From the NCBI GenBank assembly GCA_017934595.1, contig JAGBJG010000002.1, positions 68,877 through 132,876 on the forward strand: 64,000 bases of DNA. The letters are read 5' to 3'. The stretch comes from Bacilli bacterium (GTDB lineage: Bacteria > Bacillota_I > Bacilli_A > RF39 > UBA660). The translations under genes and the position numbers were made by a program. Below the pieces are notes generated by a model. The model was not told where the DNA came from, searched no databases, and saw only the letters and a program-made list of their open reading frames with translations. Shown here one piece after another: positions 40,827 through 49,245 of the stretch; position 1 is the first letter of the stretch, and each line of letters opens with the position of its first letter.

Positions 40827-42133
40827 TCAAAATTTTCACTTATATGCTTTCATCATTTGTTATGGGAATTGCGGCTCTTTCTGCCTCAAATAGATTAAAT
40901 GCGAATAATAGTGTAGGTAAGAATTTTATTGTAATTATTTTATTAACACTTGTATTCTATATTAATTCGTTTATTGATACATTAGTCTTTTTGAGACCGA
41001 TATTGTTGTTTGCAACATTTATAGTAATTAATAAAATTTTATATAAAAATGATTTTTCTGCCTCTAGAACAAAATCGATTGTATTATTGATTATATTTTT
41101 GTTATCTGAAATAATGTATGTTATTACTGCATATATAGTTAAGCTTGGCGGCATAGATATGGCAAAATTTAGTATGACAAATATAGGTATTTTGCTTACG
41201 AATGCAGTTGTGGCTTTAATAGTTTATATAGTTGCATTGTTGGGTTTAGAAACAAAACTATATTCTTTACTTCATGATGCGAGTATTTATTTAAAAACTC
41301 ATCAAATTGCATTTATTATATTTATATCATTTTTAAGCATAGTATTTTTATTTTATCCAGTTTATTTTCATACTAGTAATGTGTTAATCGTATATATTGC
41401 AACGTTAATTATTTTCGCGATATATGCTGGTATCATAATTATATATTTTAGAACCTCTAGTAATTATGAGAAAATTAAAAATAAGTACACACTTTCAATT
41501 GAAAACTTAAAGTCATATGAAGAAATGTTAGATCAATATAGAGTGGCAAATCATGAAAATAAAAATCAATTATTATTAGTAAGGAATTTAGTGAAAGATA
41601 AAAAGGTTAAGAAGTTTATAGATGAGATGATTGATAATAAAGAAAAAGATGACAATAATGTTTATAACACGCTAAAAAGAATTCCTGATTCAAGTATTAG
41701 GGCTGTAATATATTCAAAAATATTGCTTATGTGCAATAAGAAAATTAGTTATTCTATGCATGTTGACAGAAAAATATCGACAATAGACTTTTCTTGTATA
41801 TCGACTAAAACATTGCTTGATATATGTAATATTTTAAATATATTTATTGATAATGCGATTGAAGAAGTTTTAAATTATGATAAGAAACAGATATTAATTG
41901 AGTTTACGAAACTGAATACAGAAAAGTTGGAAATCGCAATTTCTAACACATGTAAAAGTGCAGTTGAGCTTGATGCTATATATGGAATGGGATATTCAAC
42001 AAAAGGAACAAATCGTGGCTATGGATTATCAATAGTAAAAACTACCATTGAAGATAATGAAGGCATATTAGAAAATAAAACAGAAAGAATTAAAGATATA
42101 TTTATTCAATATCTATATATTAATTTAAAATAA
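40823..42133 (+). CDS. AgrC-like (HPK10) sensor histidine kinase
   Basis: About 6 N-terminal TM helices, an H-box ANHENKNQL, an N-box FIDNAIEE and a G-box GYSTKGTNRGYGLSIV. 4-nt overlap with the regulator gene. Confidence 0.8.
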   Translation: MIKIFTYMLSSFVMGIAALSASNRLNANNSVGKNFIVIILLTLVFYINSFIDTLVFLRPILLFATFIVINKILYKNDFSASRTKSIVLLIIFLLSEIMYVITAYIVKLGGIDMAKFSMTNIGILLTNAVVALIVYIVALLGLETKLYSLLHDASIYLKTHQIAFIIFISFLSIVFLFYPVYFHTSNVLIVYIATLIIFAIYAGIIIIYFRTSSNYEKIKNKYTLSIENLKSYEEMLDQYRVANHENKNQLLLVRNLVKDKKVKKFIDEMIDNKEKDDNNVYNTLKRIPDSSIRAVIYSKILLMCNKKISYSMHVDRKISTIDFSCISTKTLLDICNILNIFIDNAIEEVLNYDKKQILIEFTKLNTEKLEIAISNTCKSAVELDAIYGMGYSTKGTNRGYGLSIVKTTIEDNEGILENKTERIKDIFIQYLYINLK

Positions 42134-42159
42134 AAAAATGTAGAAAACTACATTTTTTA
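42132..42159. terminator. bidirectional terminator shared by the kinase gene and agrD
   Basis: A7-ATGTAG-AAAA-CTACAT-T6 between the convergent stop codons. Confidence 0.6.
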
Positions 42160-42270
42160 TTTGATTAAACTTTTTGGACATTCTGGTTCGTCAATAAACC
42201 AAGCAAGACACATATTAGCTCCAGCAACACCAAATGCTTTACCTATAAATCCTAAGATACTAGCAAACAT
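42157..42270 (-). CDS. agrD: AgrD-type autoinducing peptide precursor (37 aa, absent from the ORF track)
   Basis: Hand translation: MFASILGFIGKAFGVAGANMCLAWFIDEPECPKSLIK. RBS GAGGAGG sits 7 nt upstream. Amphipathic leader, a Cys, then a DEPE.PK.L tail as in staphylococcal AgrD (DEPEVPEEL / DEVEVPKEL). Confidence 0.8.
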   Translation of the reverse strand: MFASILGFIGKAFGVAGANMCLAWFIDEPECPKSLIK

Positions 42271-42283
42271 ATAATACCTCCTC

Positions 42284-42877
42284 TCATAAATAATTTTTAT
42301 AATTATTATAAGGCTGTCCAAATAATTTATATGTGAACGGACTTACAATAAAGCATTGTAAGATCAGACTAAATAGAAATGCATTAGCTACTACTTGGTC
42401 TTTTATATATAAGCATAGAAATGAATATATTATACTTATTATGCAGCTAACGCACTTATACATTTTCCTCCTTCTAGCCGATATTATTGGTCTTTTTTCC
42501 GTGTCTGCTGGACTATAATAGGTTAAATATAAAGTTGCAGTGGTAAATAATATTACTTTAATATATTCATTTAAATTGACAACTGTGATGAGGTAAGGAA
42601 AAACATTAAAGATTATTATTGAACTTACCCAGCATTGCCAACTTTTTTTGGCATGAATACCAAAGGATGGCATTCTTATAATGTTGTAAGTAATAATAAA
42701 TATCAAATATGGTATAAAAATCTTTAAAATAATAGCTATGCCAGTTATAACTATTGTTTTGGTTATTTGTAAGTATAGGTTTGATATACCATATTCAATA
42801 GTTTCAAGTTCTTCTTTTGAATATTGCTTGTTACTTTTGATATAATTCATTAATCTACTTATAACAAACTTCTTCAT
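42284..42877 (-). CDS. agrB: AgrB-family peptide-processing membrane protease
   Basis: AgrB hallmark RMPSFGIHAKKSWQC in a polytopic protein. Start moved to ATG 42877 (RBS AGGAGGAAGG), since the track ORF has a 30-aa extension. Confidence 0.88.
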   Translation of the reverse strand: MKKFVISRLMNYIKSNKQYSKEELETIEYGISNLYLQITKTIVITGIAIILKIFIPYLIFIITYNIIRMPSFGIHAKKSWQCWVSSIIIFNVFPYLITVVNLNEYIKVILFTTATLYLTYYSPADTEKRPIISARRRKMYKCVSCIISIIYSFLCLYIKDQVVANAFLFSLILQCFIVSPFTYKLFGQPYNNYKNYL

Positions 42878-43120
42878 CTTCCTTCCTCCTATTTTCAGTT
42901 TATAATCATTTATTTGATAGTTAAATAGACCTTGCACCAATGGGTGATTTAGGTGTATCAAAACCAAAATAGTTTTCAGAAAGTTAACAAAAAAATCTTT
43001 TAATTACATTAAATGAACATTTAAAGCAAAAGATATATACAAATTATTTCAATATGGTAAAATTGTTATTGTCGGGCCGGTCCGATTGTGTGGTTATGAA
43101 TAGGAAGGGAGCTATTGGAT

Positions 43121-43336
43121 ATGTTAAAAGGAAAAGTTAAGTGGTTCAATAATGACAAGGGATACGGGTTTATTGAATACAAGACTAATGAAGATATATT
43201 TGTTCATTATTCTTCAATTTTGTCTGAAGGCTACAGAACTTTAGTAGAAGGCCAATATGTTGAGTTTGAATTAGTTGAAACTGATAAAGGTCTTCAGGCA
43301 AAAAACGTCATTGAAATTAGAGCCACTTTAGTATAG
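43121..43336 (+). CDS. cold-shock protein (CspA family)
   Basis: [19 protein letters not shown] (RNP1) and DIFVHYS (RNP2). Confidence 0.93.
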   Translation: MLKGKVKWFNNDKGYGFIEYKTNEDIFVHYSSILSEGYRTLVEGQYVEFELVETDKGLQAKNVIEIRATLV

Positions 43337-43428
43337 TGGTAGGAGCAATTGTTAATAGCTATAACAATTGTTTTTTTTGTTTGACTTTATAAAAAATGTG
43401 CTATAATAAACTTAAGGAGGTTGATATT

Positions 43429-43956
43429 ATGAAATATAATATCCATGGTAGTAAGGTTAAAGTTACACCATCCATCAAGTCTTACATTGAAGAGAAGTTA
43501 GGCAAACTAGATAAATACTTCGAGAATCCTGACTCTATAACTGCTAATGTAGTAGTTAGAGTTAGAGGATTAGAACAAATAGTAGAGGTTACAATACCTG
43601 TTAAAGGAATAACTATACGTAATGAAGAATCTAATTCAGATTTATATGCAGCAATTGATTTAGTTGTAGATAAATTAGAAAGACAAATAAGAAAAAATAA
43701 AACAAGAATTAAAAAGAAAGTAAAAACAGTTGACTACGGATTTATTGATTTTGAAGTAGCCAAAGATGAAACGGATACAAATAAAATTGTAAAAAGAAAA
43801 ACTATCGATAATAAACCAATGAGTGAAGAAGAAGCAATCCTTCAAATGAACTTATTAGGTCATGAATTCTTCGTATTTGAAAATACAGATAAAGATACAA
43901 CATCTGTACTTTATAGAAGAAAAGATGGTAACTACGGAATTATAGATTTAAAATAA
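43429..43956 (+). CDS. hpf: ribosome hibernation promoting factor, long form
   Basis: MKYNIHGSKVKVTPSIKSYIEEKLGKLDKYF plus a C-terminal dimerisation domain (HEFFVFENTD...YRRKDGNYGII). Start follows the RBS AAGGAGG. Confidence 0.92.
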   Translation: MKYNIHGSKVKVTPSIKSYIEEKLGKLDKYFENPDSITANVVVRVRGLEQIVEVTIPVKGITIRNEESNSDLYAAIDLVVDKLERQIRKNKTRIKKKVKTVDYGFIDFEVAKDETDTNKIVKRKTIDNKPMSEEEAILQMNLLGHEFFVFENTDKDTTSVLYRRKDGNYGIIDLK

Positions 43957-44036
43957 GGCATAATATATGCCTTTTTTCTTTTATTTGATGATTATTTATG
44001 ATACAATATTAAGGAACGATGAAAGGATGACAGAAT

Positions 44037-46532
44037 ATGGGATTTTTTAGAAAATTAGTAGATCATGAATATAAAGAATTAGAAAGATTTAAGAAGATTG
44101 CTGATAAGATAGATGCCTTAGATAGTGAAATGTCTAAATTATCAGATGATGAATTAAAAGCTAAAACTCCTGAATTTAGAAAAAGACTAGCTTCAGGTGA
44201 AACGTTAGATGATATTTTAGTAGAAGCGTATGCAACAGTTAGAGAAGTTGCTTGGAGAACGATAGGTGAAAAACCTTATTATTCACAATTATTAGGTGGT
44301 ATTGCTATTCACTATGGAAATATTGCTGAGTTAAAAACAGGTGAAGGTAAAACCTTAGTTACAACATTACCTGCATATTTAAATGCATTACCTGGGGAAG
44401 GTGTTCACGTTATTACAGTTAATGATTACTTAACTACACGTAACGCTGAATGGATGGGTAAAATTTATGATTTCTTAGGTATTACTGTTGGTATAAACGC
44501 TAGAGAATTATCAGTTAAAGAAAAACAAGATGCATATAACTGTGATATACTTTATACTACAAATAATGAAGTTGGCTTTGATTATCTAAGAGATAACATG
44601 GTAGTAAAAGCAAGTGATAGAGTTCAAAGAGGACTTAATTTTGCTATTATCGATGAAATCGATTCAGCTTTAATTGATGAAGCTAGAACTCCATTAATTA
44701 TATCTGGTGGATTTATGCAATCAGCTAACTTATATATCCAAACAGATACATTTGTTAAATCATTAAAAGAAAATAATGGTTATATATATGATGAAAAAAC
44801 TAAATCAGTATCATTAGATGATGTAGGTACTGCTAAAGCTGAAAAAGTATTTAACTTATCTAACTTATTTGATATTAGTAACGCTACATTAGTACATTTT
44901 ATTAATCAAGCTTTAAAAGCTAACTATGGTATGAAAAAAGACTTTGATTATGTAGTACAAGATGGTCAAGTTATAATAGTTGATCCATTTACAGGAAGAT
45001 TAATGCAAGGTAGACAATATTCAGATGGTCTACATCAAGCAATTGAAGCTAAAGAAGGAGTTAAAATCAATGAAGAAACTAAGACTTTAGCTACAATTAC
45101 ATTCCAAAACTTCTTCAGAATGTATAAGAAATTGTCTGGTATGACAGGTACAGCTAAAACTGAAGAAGAAGAATTTAGAGATATTTATAACATGTATGTT
45201 ATTCAAATACCTACTAATAAACCAGTTATCCGAGAAGATTTTGGAGATTTATTATTCGCGAATGCTGAAGGTAAATATAAAGCTATCGTAGAAGAAATTA
45301 AAGAAAGACACGCTAAAGGTCAACCAGTATTAGTTGGTACAGTAGCTGTAGAAACATCAGAATTATTAAGTAAAAAATTAAAAGCTGCACATATACCTCA
45401 TGAAGTATTAAACGCAAAGAACAATGCTCGTGAAGCTGAAATAATTGCTAAGGCCGGAGAAAAAGGCGCAGTAACAATCGCAACTAACATGGCTGGTCGT
45501 GGTACCGATATTAAATTAGGTGAAGGTGTTGCTGAATTAGGTGGTTTATTCGTATTAGGTACTGAAAGACATGAATCACGTCGTATTGATAACCAATTAA
45601 GAGGTCGTGCTGGTCGTCAAGGTGACCCAGGTGCTTCACAATTCTGTGTATCATTTGAAGATGAATTAATGGTTAGATATGGTGCTGATAGAGCTAAAGA
45701 TTTACTAGCTAAAGTTGGTTTTGCAGGTGATATGTCTATTAGAAATAAGATGTTATCAGGTTCTATTGAACAAGCTCAAAAAAGAGTTGAAGGTAACAAC
45801 TTTGATATGCGTAAAACTCTACTTCAATACGATGATGTTATTAATACTCAAAGATTAACTATTTATGATAGAAGAAATGAAATCTTAGATAATGAATCTA
45901 TTCATGAAACAGTATTAAAAACATTTAATGACTATGCAGAAGCAATAGTATATGATCATGTTGATGAATCAAATAAAATTATTGGTCAAAATTTAAATGA
46001 AATTTTAGAAACAGTAAATCAATTACTAAAAAAACCGCTTGTATTAGATGATTTCAAATCTATGAAACCAGATGATGTAGTTGATGTTATTTATGAAAGA
46101 ATAGTTAAAGAATATGAAGACAAAATAAAACCAGTTCCAAAAGAAATGGTTGATGATTTTGAAAAAGCTATATCTTTAAGAGTAATAGATATGCATTGGA
46201 TGGAAGAAATCAATGCAATGGATATGTTAAGAGAAGGTATTCACTTAAGAAGTTATGCACAAGAAGATCCTTTAAGAGCATATCAAAAAGAAGGTTTCAA
46301 CATGTTTAATGATATGTTAGATACAGTTGATAGAGAAATTACTACATTCTTGCTTAAAGCTGAAGTTAGACATAATCAAGAAAGAAAACAAGTAGCTAAG
46401 GGTAACGCTGTTGAAGATAGTTCTAAAAATAATGCTAAACAAAAACCTAAAAAAGCAGAAAAGAAAATAGGTAGAAATGATCCATGTCCATGTGGCTCAG
46501 GACGCAAATATAAACAATGTTGTGGTAAATAA
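44037..46532 (+). CDS. secA: preprotein translocase ATPase SecA
   Basis: 831 aa. DEAD-motor motifs (TGEGKTL, DEIDSALIDEARTPLIIS) and a C-terminal SEC-C zinc motif CPCGSGRKYKQCCGK. Confidence 0.98.
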   Translation: MGFFRKLVDHEYKELERFKKIADKIDALDSEMSKLSDDELKAKTPEFRKRLASGETLDDILVEAYATVREVAWRTIGEKPYYSQLLGGIAIHYGNIAELKTGEGKTLVTTLPAYLNALPGEGVHVITVNDYLTTRNAEWMGKIYDFLGITVGINARELSVKEKQDAYNCDILYTTNNEVGFDYLRDNMVVKASDRVQRGLNFAIIDEIDSALIDEARTPLIISGGFMQSANLYIQTDTFVKSLKENNGYIYDEKTKSVSLDDVGTAKAEKVFNLSNLFDISNATLVHFINQALKANYGMKKDFDYVVQDGQVIIVDPFTGRLMQGRQYSDGLHQAIEAKEGVKINEETKTLATITFQNFFRMYKKLSGMTGTAKTEEEEFRDIYNMYVIQIPTNKPVIREDFGDLLFANAEGKYKAIVEEIKERHAKGQPVLVGTVAVETSELLSKKLKAAHIPHEVLNAKNNAREAEIIAKAGEKGAVTIATNMAGRGTDIKLGEGVAELGGLFVLGTERHESRRIDNQLRGRAGRQGDPGASQFCVSFEDELMVRYGADRAKDLLAKVGFAGDMSIRNKMLSGSIEQAQKRVEGNNFDMRKTLLQYDDVINTQRLTIYDRRNEILDNESIHETVLKTFNDYAEAIVYDHVDESNKIIGQNLNEILETVNQLLKKPLVLDDFKSMKPDDVVDVIYERIVKEYEDKIKPVPKEMVDDFEKAISLRVIDMHWMEEINAMDMLREGIHLRSYAQEDPLRAYQKEGFNMFNDMLDTVDREITTFLLKAEVRHNQERKQVAKGNAVEDSSKNNAKQKPKKAEKKIGRNDPCPCGSGRKYKQCCGK

Positions 46533-46533
46533 G
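46506..46533 (+). repeat. left copy of a 28-bp perfect direct repeat (secA stop region)
   Basis: AAATATAAACAATGTTGTGGTAAATAAG is identical at 49390-49417. Confidence 0.9.
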
Positions 46534-46539
46534 CCCGCA

Positions 46540-46572
46540 AACCCGCATAAAATAAGGGATTGCGGGTTTTTC
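46540..46572 (+). terminator. secA terminator
   Basis: AACCCGCA-13 nt loop-TGCGGGTT followed by a T run. Confidence 0.7.
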
Positions 46573-46615
46573 TATGATTACAATATTTGGGTAATTATAG
46601 GCGTGTCTTTTGTCT

Positions 46616-46636
46616 TAGATAAGTTCTAGATAAGTT
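46616..46636 (+). repeat. two direct copies of TAGATAAGTT (11-bp phase)
   Basis: Copies at 46616-46625 and 46627-46636. Confidence 0.8.
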
Positions 46637-46709
46637 ATTAAACCTCTGCAATCCTTTATAAAATAAGGGTAAAACACATATTAGAACAATGTTTTCAAAT
46701 TGAATACAA

Positions 46710-46730
46710 AACTTATCTAAAAATTATCTA
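46710..46730 (-). repeat. two inverted copies of TAGATAAGTT (AACTTATCTA, AAATTATCTA)
   Basis: Copies at 46710-46719 and 46721-46730 (one mismatch), also in an 11-bp phase. Confidence 0.7.
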
Positions 46731-46808
46731 AATTGTAATTTATTACTCAAAAGTAGTAATAGCAAAAATTATGGTTGTAATTTATGGTATAATTTAAGTA
46801 GAAGAAAA

Positions 46809-48716
46809 GTGGTGATATTCTTGGAAAAAAACAACCTTTTAAAAGATAATAAAGAACTAATGAAGTATTGGGACTATGAAAAAAATAAAGATTTAAATTT
46901 AGATAAATTGACACTTGGAAGCAGTAAGATTGCATGGTGGATTTGTGAAAAAGGACATTCGTATGATGCAAAAATAAAAAGAAAAAATTATGAAAAAATA
47001 ATATGCCCCATTTGTTCTAATCATAGAGTACTAAAAGGATATAACGATTTAGCGACAACTAATCCTGAATTATTAAAGGAATGGGACTTTACAAAAAATA
47101 CTATTTCGCCATATGAGATAACAGCCGGTGCGGAAAAAATGATATGGTGGATTTGTCCTAAAGAGCATTCATACCAATCATATGCTTTTAACCGCAAAAG
47201 AGGAGTTGGATGTCCTATTTGTGATGGCAAGAAAGTATTAATTGGATATAATGATTTAGCAACAACAAATCCAAAAATTGCAAAAGAATGGGACTATGAA
47301 AAAAATGGAGATCTTAAACCAACAGACATTACAGAAGGAAGCACTATAAATGTTTGGTGGAAATGTGGTAAAGGACATTCGTATGATGCAAGAGCGAAAG
47401 ATAGAAAACGAGGATTAAATTGTCCATTCTGTTCAAATAAAAAAGTATTAGTAGGTTTTAATGATTTATATACATATTGTATTAATAATCATCTTGAAGA
47501 GATAATAGAAGAATTTGATAATGATAAAAATAAATTTTCAATGAAAGATGTTACACCAGGCAGTGATAAAGAAACATGGTGGAAATGCCCAAAAGGTCAT
47601 TCATACCAGTCTAGTCCATCCAGAAGAGTTATGAGAGGATCTGGTTGTGGAATTTGCAGTCATAATATTCTAGTAAAAGGTGTAAATGATTTACTAACTA
47701 CACACCCTGAAATTGCAAAAGAATGGGATTATAAAAAGAATAAAGTTGGCCCAGATGAAGTAATGGCCGGAAGCAACATAGATAAATACTGGTTTATTTG
47801 TCCAAAAGGCCATAGTTACCATACTACTGCCTTAGGTAGAAAAAGAGGAACCAACTGTCCACAGTGTAACATAGAAAAGCATACATCAATTCCAGAAAGA
47901 TCAATTTATTATTACATGAAAAAATATTTTGTTGATGTAGTTGATAGTTATCATAGTAAAAAAATTGGCAGAAAAGAAATTGATATATTCTTGCCATCAT
48001 TTAACTTTGGGATAGAGTATGATGGTAGAGCTTGGCATAAAAATTATAAAAGAGATATAGAGAAAGATAACCTTTGTTTAAAAAATGATATTATATTATT
48101 TAGAGTAAGGGAAGTAGGTTGCTTCGAATATGATAGTAGTTCAATAAAAAAATATATAAATCCATATGATATAAAAGAATTAAATGAAGCAATTAAATCA
48201 ATTTTTGATTTTATAAATGAAAAATATAAACAAAACATCAACGCAGATATAGATATTGAAAGAGATAAAATCAAAATTCTTGAATTAATGAACTTATCCG
48301 AAAAAGAAAACTCAATTGCTAAGTATTGTCCAAGTATAAAAAAATATTGGGACTCAACTAAAAATGGATTGATTACTCCTGAACAAATTTCACACGGAAG
48401 TATGAAAAAAGTATTTCTAAAATGTGAAAAAGGACATGAGTGGGATAAAATTGTAAGTAATATTAGAAAAGAAATAAAATGTCCATTTTGTTTTGGAAGA
48501 AAAGTACTACCTGGATTTAACGATTTGGCAACTACTCATCCTGAAATATCAAAAGAGTGGAATTATCAAAGAAATGGTGATTTAAATCCATGTGATGTAA
48601 AAGCCGGTTCAAATAAAAGTGTATGGTGGATTTGTGAAAGTGGTCACGAATGGGAAGCAACTATAAATACAAGAGCCAACGGGTATAGAAAATGCTCAAT
48701 TTGTTCAAAAAAATAA
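46809..48716 (+). CDS. multi-zinc-ribbon protein (7 repeats) with an embedded Vsr/DUF559-like PD-(D/E)xK nuclease core
   Basis: Seven repeats of EWD..KN....(I/V)..GS....WW.C.KGH.Y......R..G..CP.C....L.G.NDLATT.P. Between repeats 5 and 6 lies EIDIFLPSFNFGIEYDGRAWHKNYKRDIEKDNLCLKNDIILFRVRE. The exact start is uncertain (GTG 46809/46812 or TTG 46821). Confidence 0.7.
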   Translation: MVIFLEKNNLLKDNKELMKYWDYEKNKDLNLDKLTLGSSKIAWWICEKGHSYDAKIKRKNYEKIICPICSNHRVLKGYNDLATTNPELLKEWDFTKNTISPYEITAGAEKMIWWICPKEHSYQSYAFNRKRGVGCPICDGKKVLIGYNDLATTNPKIAKEWDYEKNGDLKPTDITEGSTINVWWKCGKGHSYDARAKDRKRGLNCPFCSNKKVLVGFNDLYTYCINNHLEEIIEEFDNDKNKFSMKDVTPGSDKETWWKCPKGHSYQSSPSRRVMRGSGCGICSHNILVKGVNDLLTTHPEIAKEWDYKKNKVGPDEVMAGSNIDKYWFICPKGHSYHTTALGRKRGTNCPQCNIEKHTSIPERSIYYYMKKYFVDVVDSYHSKKIGRKEIDIFLPSFNFGIEYDGRAWHKNYKRDIEKDNLCLKNDIILFRVREVGCFEYDSSSIKKYINPYDIKELNEAIKSIFDFINEKYKQNINADIDIERDKIKILELMNLSEKENSIAKYCPSIKKYWDSTKNGLITPEQISHGSMKKVFLKCEKGHEWDKIVSNIRKEIKCPFCFGRKVLPGFNDLATTHPEISKEWNYQRNGDLNPCDVKAGSNKSVWWICESGHEWEATINTRANGYRKCSICSKK

Positions 48717-48731
48717 ATAAGAAACGTGGTA

Positions 48732-48759
48732 TTGACATTTATGATTTTTGTGATAGTAT
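48732..48759 (+). promoter_or_regulatory. orphan sigma-A-like promoter with no ORF downstream
   Basis: TTGACA (48732-48737), a 16-nt spacer, then TG-extended TAGTAT (48754-48759). A second extended -10, TGCTATAAT, lies at 48819-48827. Confidence 0.4.
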
Positions 48760-48834
48760 AGAAAAACTGTAAACCAATGTTGGTTTGCAAAAAAAATAGC
48801 ATACATAATATAAATGTGTGCTATAATATTAATA

Positions 48835-48907
48835 TAAGAATAGGGAAATAGGTTGGTAACTTCTTCTCGTTCTTGATTAAGCTAAAAGTCATTTATATGA
48901 CTTTTTT
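48835..48907 (+). ncRNA. candidate small RNA convergent with the DUF1508 gene (anti-SD region + shared terminator)
   Basis: Lies downstream of TGCTATAAT. Contains CUUCUUCUCGUUCUUG (48860-48875), complementary to the SD region of the convergent mRNA. Ends in the hairpin 48884-48907. No ORF longer than 7 aa. Confidence 0.25.
48884..48907. terminator. bidirectional terminator
   Basis: AAAAGTCAT-TTAT-ATGACTTTT with flanking A and T runs. Overlaps the DUF1508 gene stop codon. Confidence 0.55.
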
Positions 48908-49079
48908 ATTTTTCAAAAACAATAGCATGTGCTGCATATTTCTTTACTAAATCTAATGCATTTATGCAGTTATATCTAGTAGTGTAACCATCACCGCTGG
49001 TACAAATAATTTGACCATTTGCGGCAACAAATCTAAAGTAGTACAAGAAATCTCTTCCACGAAATACTTCAAATCTCAT
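48906..49079 (-). CDS. single-domain DUF1508 (YegP-like) protein, 57 aa
   Basis: MRFEVFRGRDFLYYFRFVAANGQIICTSGDGYTTRYNCINALDLVKKYA fits the YegP repeat pattern (F.....F.F.L.A.NG..I..S..Y......I..VK). ATG 49079 follows the RBS GAGAGGAGG. Confidence 0.7.
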   Translation of the reverse strand: MRFEVFRGRDFLYYFRFVAANGQIICTSGDGYTTRYNCINALDLVKKYAAHAIVFEK

Positions 49080-49139
49080 TACCAACACCTCCTCTCGTTA
49101 TTGTTTGAACAAGAAGAAGGTATCCTATTTCCCAAATAA

Positions 49140-49168
49140 ATTATATTATAAATAAGAAGTTTTTACAA
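49140..49168 (-). promoter_or_regulatory. candidate promoter of the DUF1508 gene
   Basis: On the minus strand: TTGTAA (49168-49163), a 17-nt spacer, then TATAAT (49145-49140). The predicted 5' end is near 49133 (GGGAAAUAGG...). Confidence 0.4.
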
Positions 49169-49245
49169 GATTTTATACCCTAAAATTAAAAGTTTATAAG
49201 CAAAAATTATTAAAATGTTTTAATAAATTAAAATATAGTGAATTT

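Noticed and set aside
42968-43114. LytTR/AgrA direct-repeat boxes upstream of agrB
   Set aside because: I found A/T-rich near-repeats (ACATTAAAT / ACATTTAAAG), but not two 9-mers with the expected 12-bp spacer. This cannot be supported by eye.
46547-46669. The 12-nt string ATAAAATAAGGG occurs twice (46547 and 46658), with GGGATTGC / GCAATCC nearby
   Set aside because: It is short and AT-rich. It may be a partial duplication of the secA terminator loop, but I cannot distinguish that from chance without statistics.
46747-46971. 74-aa minus-strand ORF spanning the start of the zinc-ribbon nuclease gene
   Set aside because: It overlaps the promoter and 5' end of a much better supported gene. 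It has no RBS and a low-complexity sequence.
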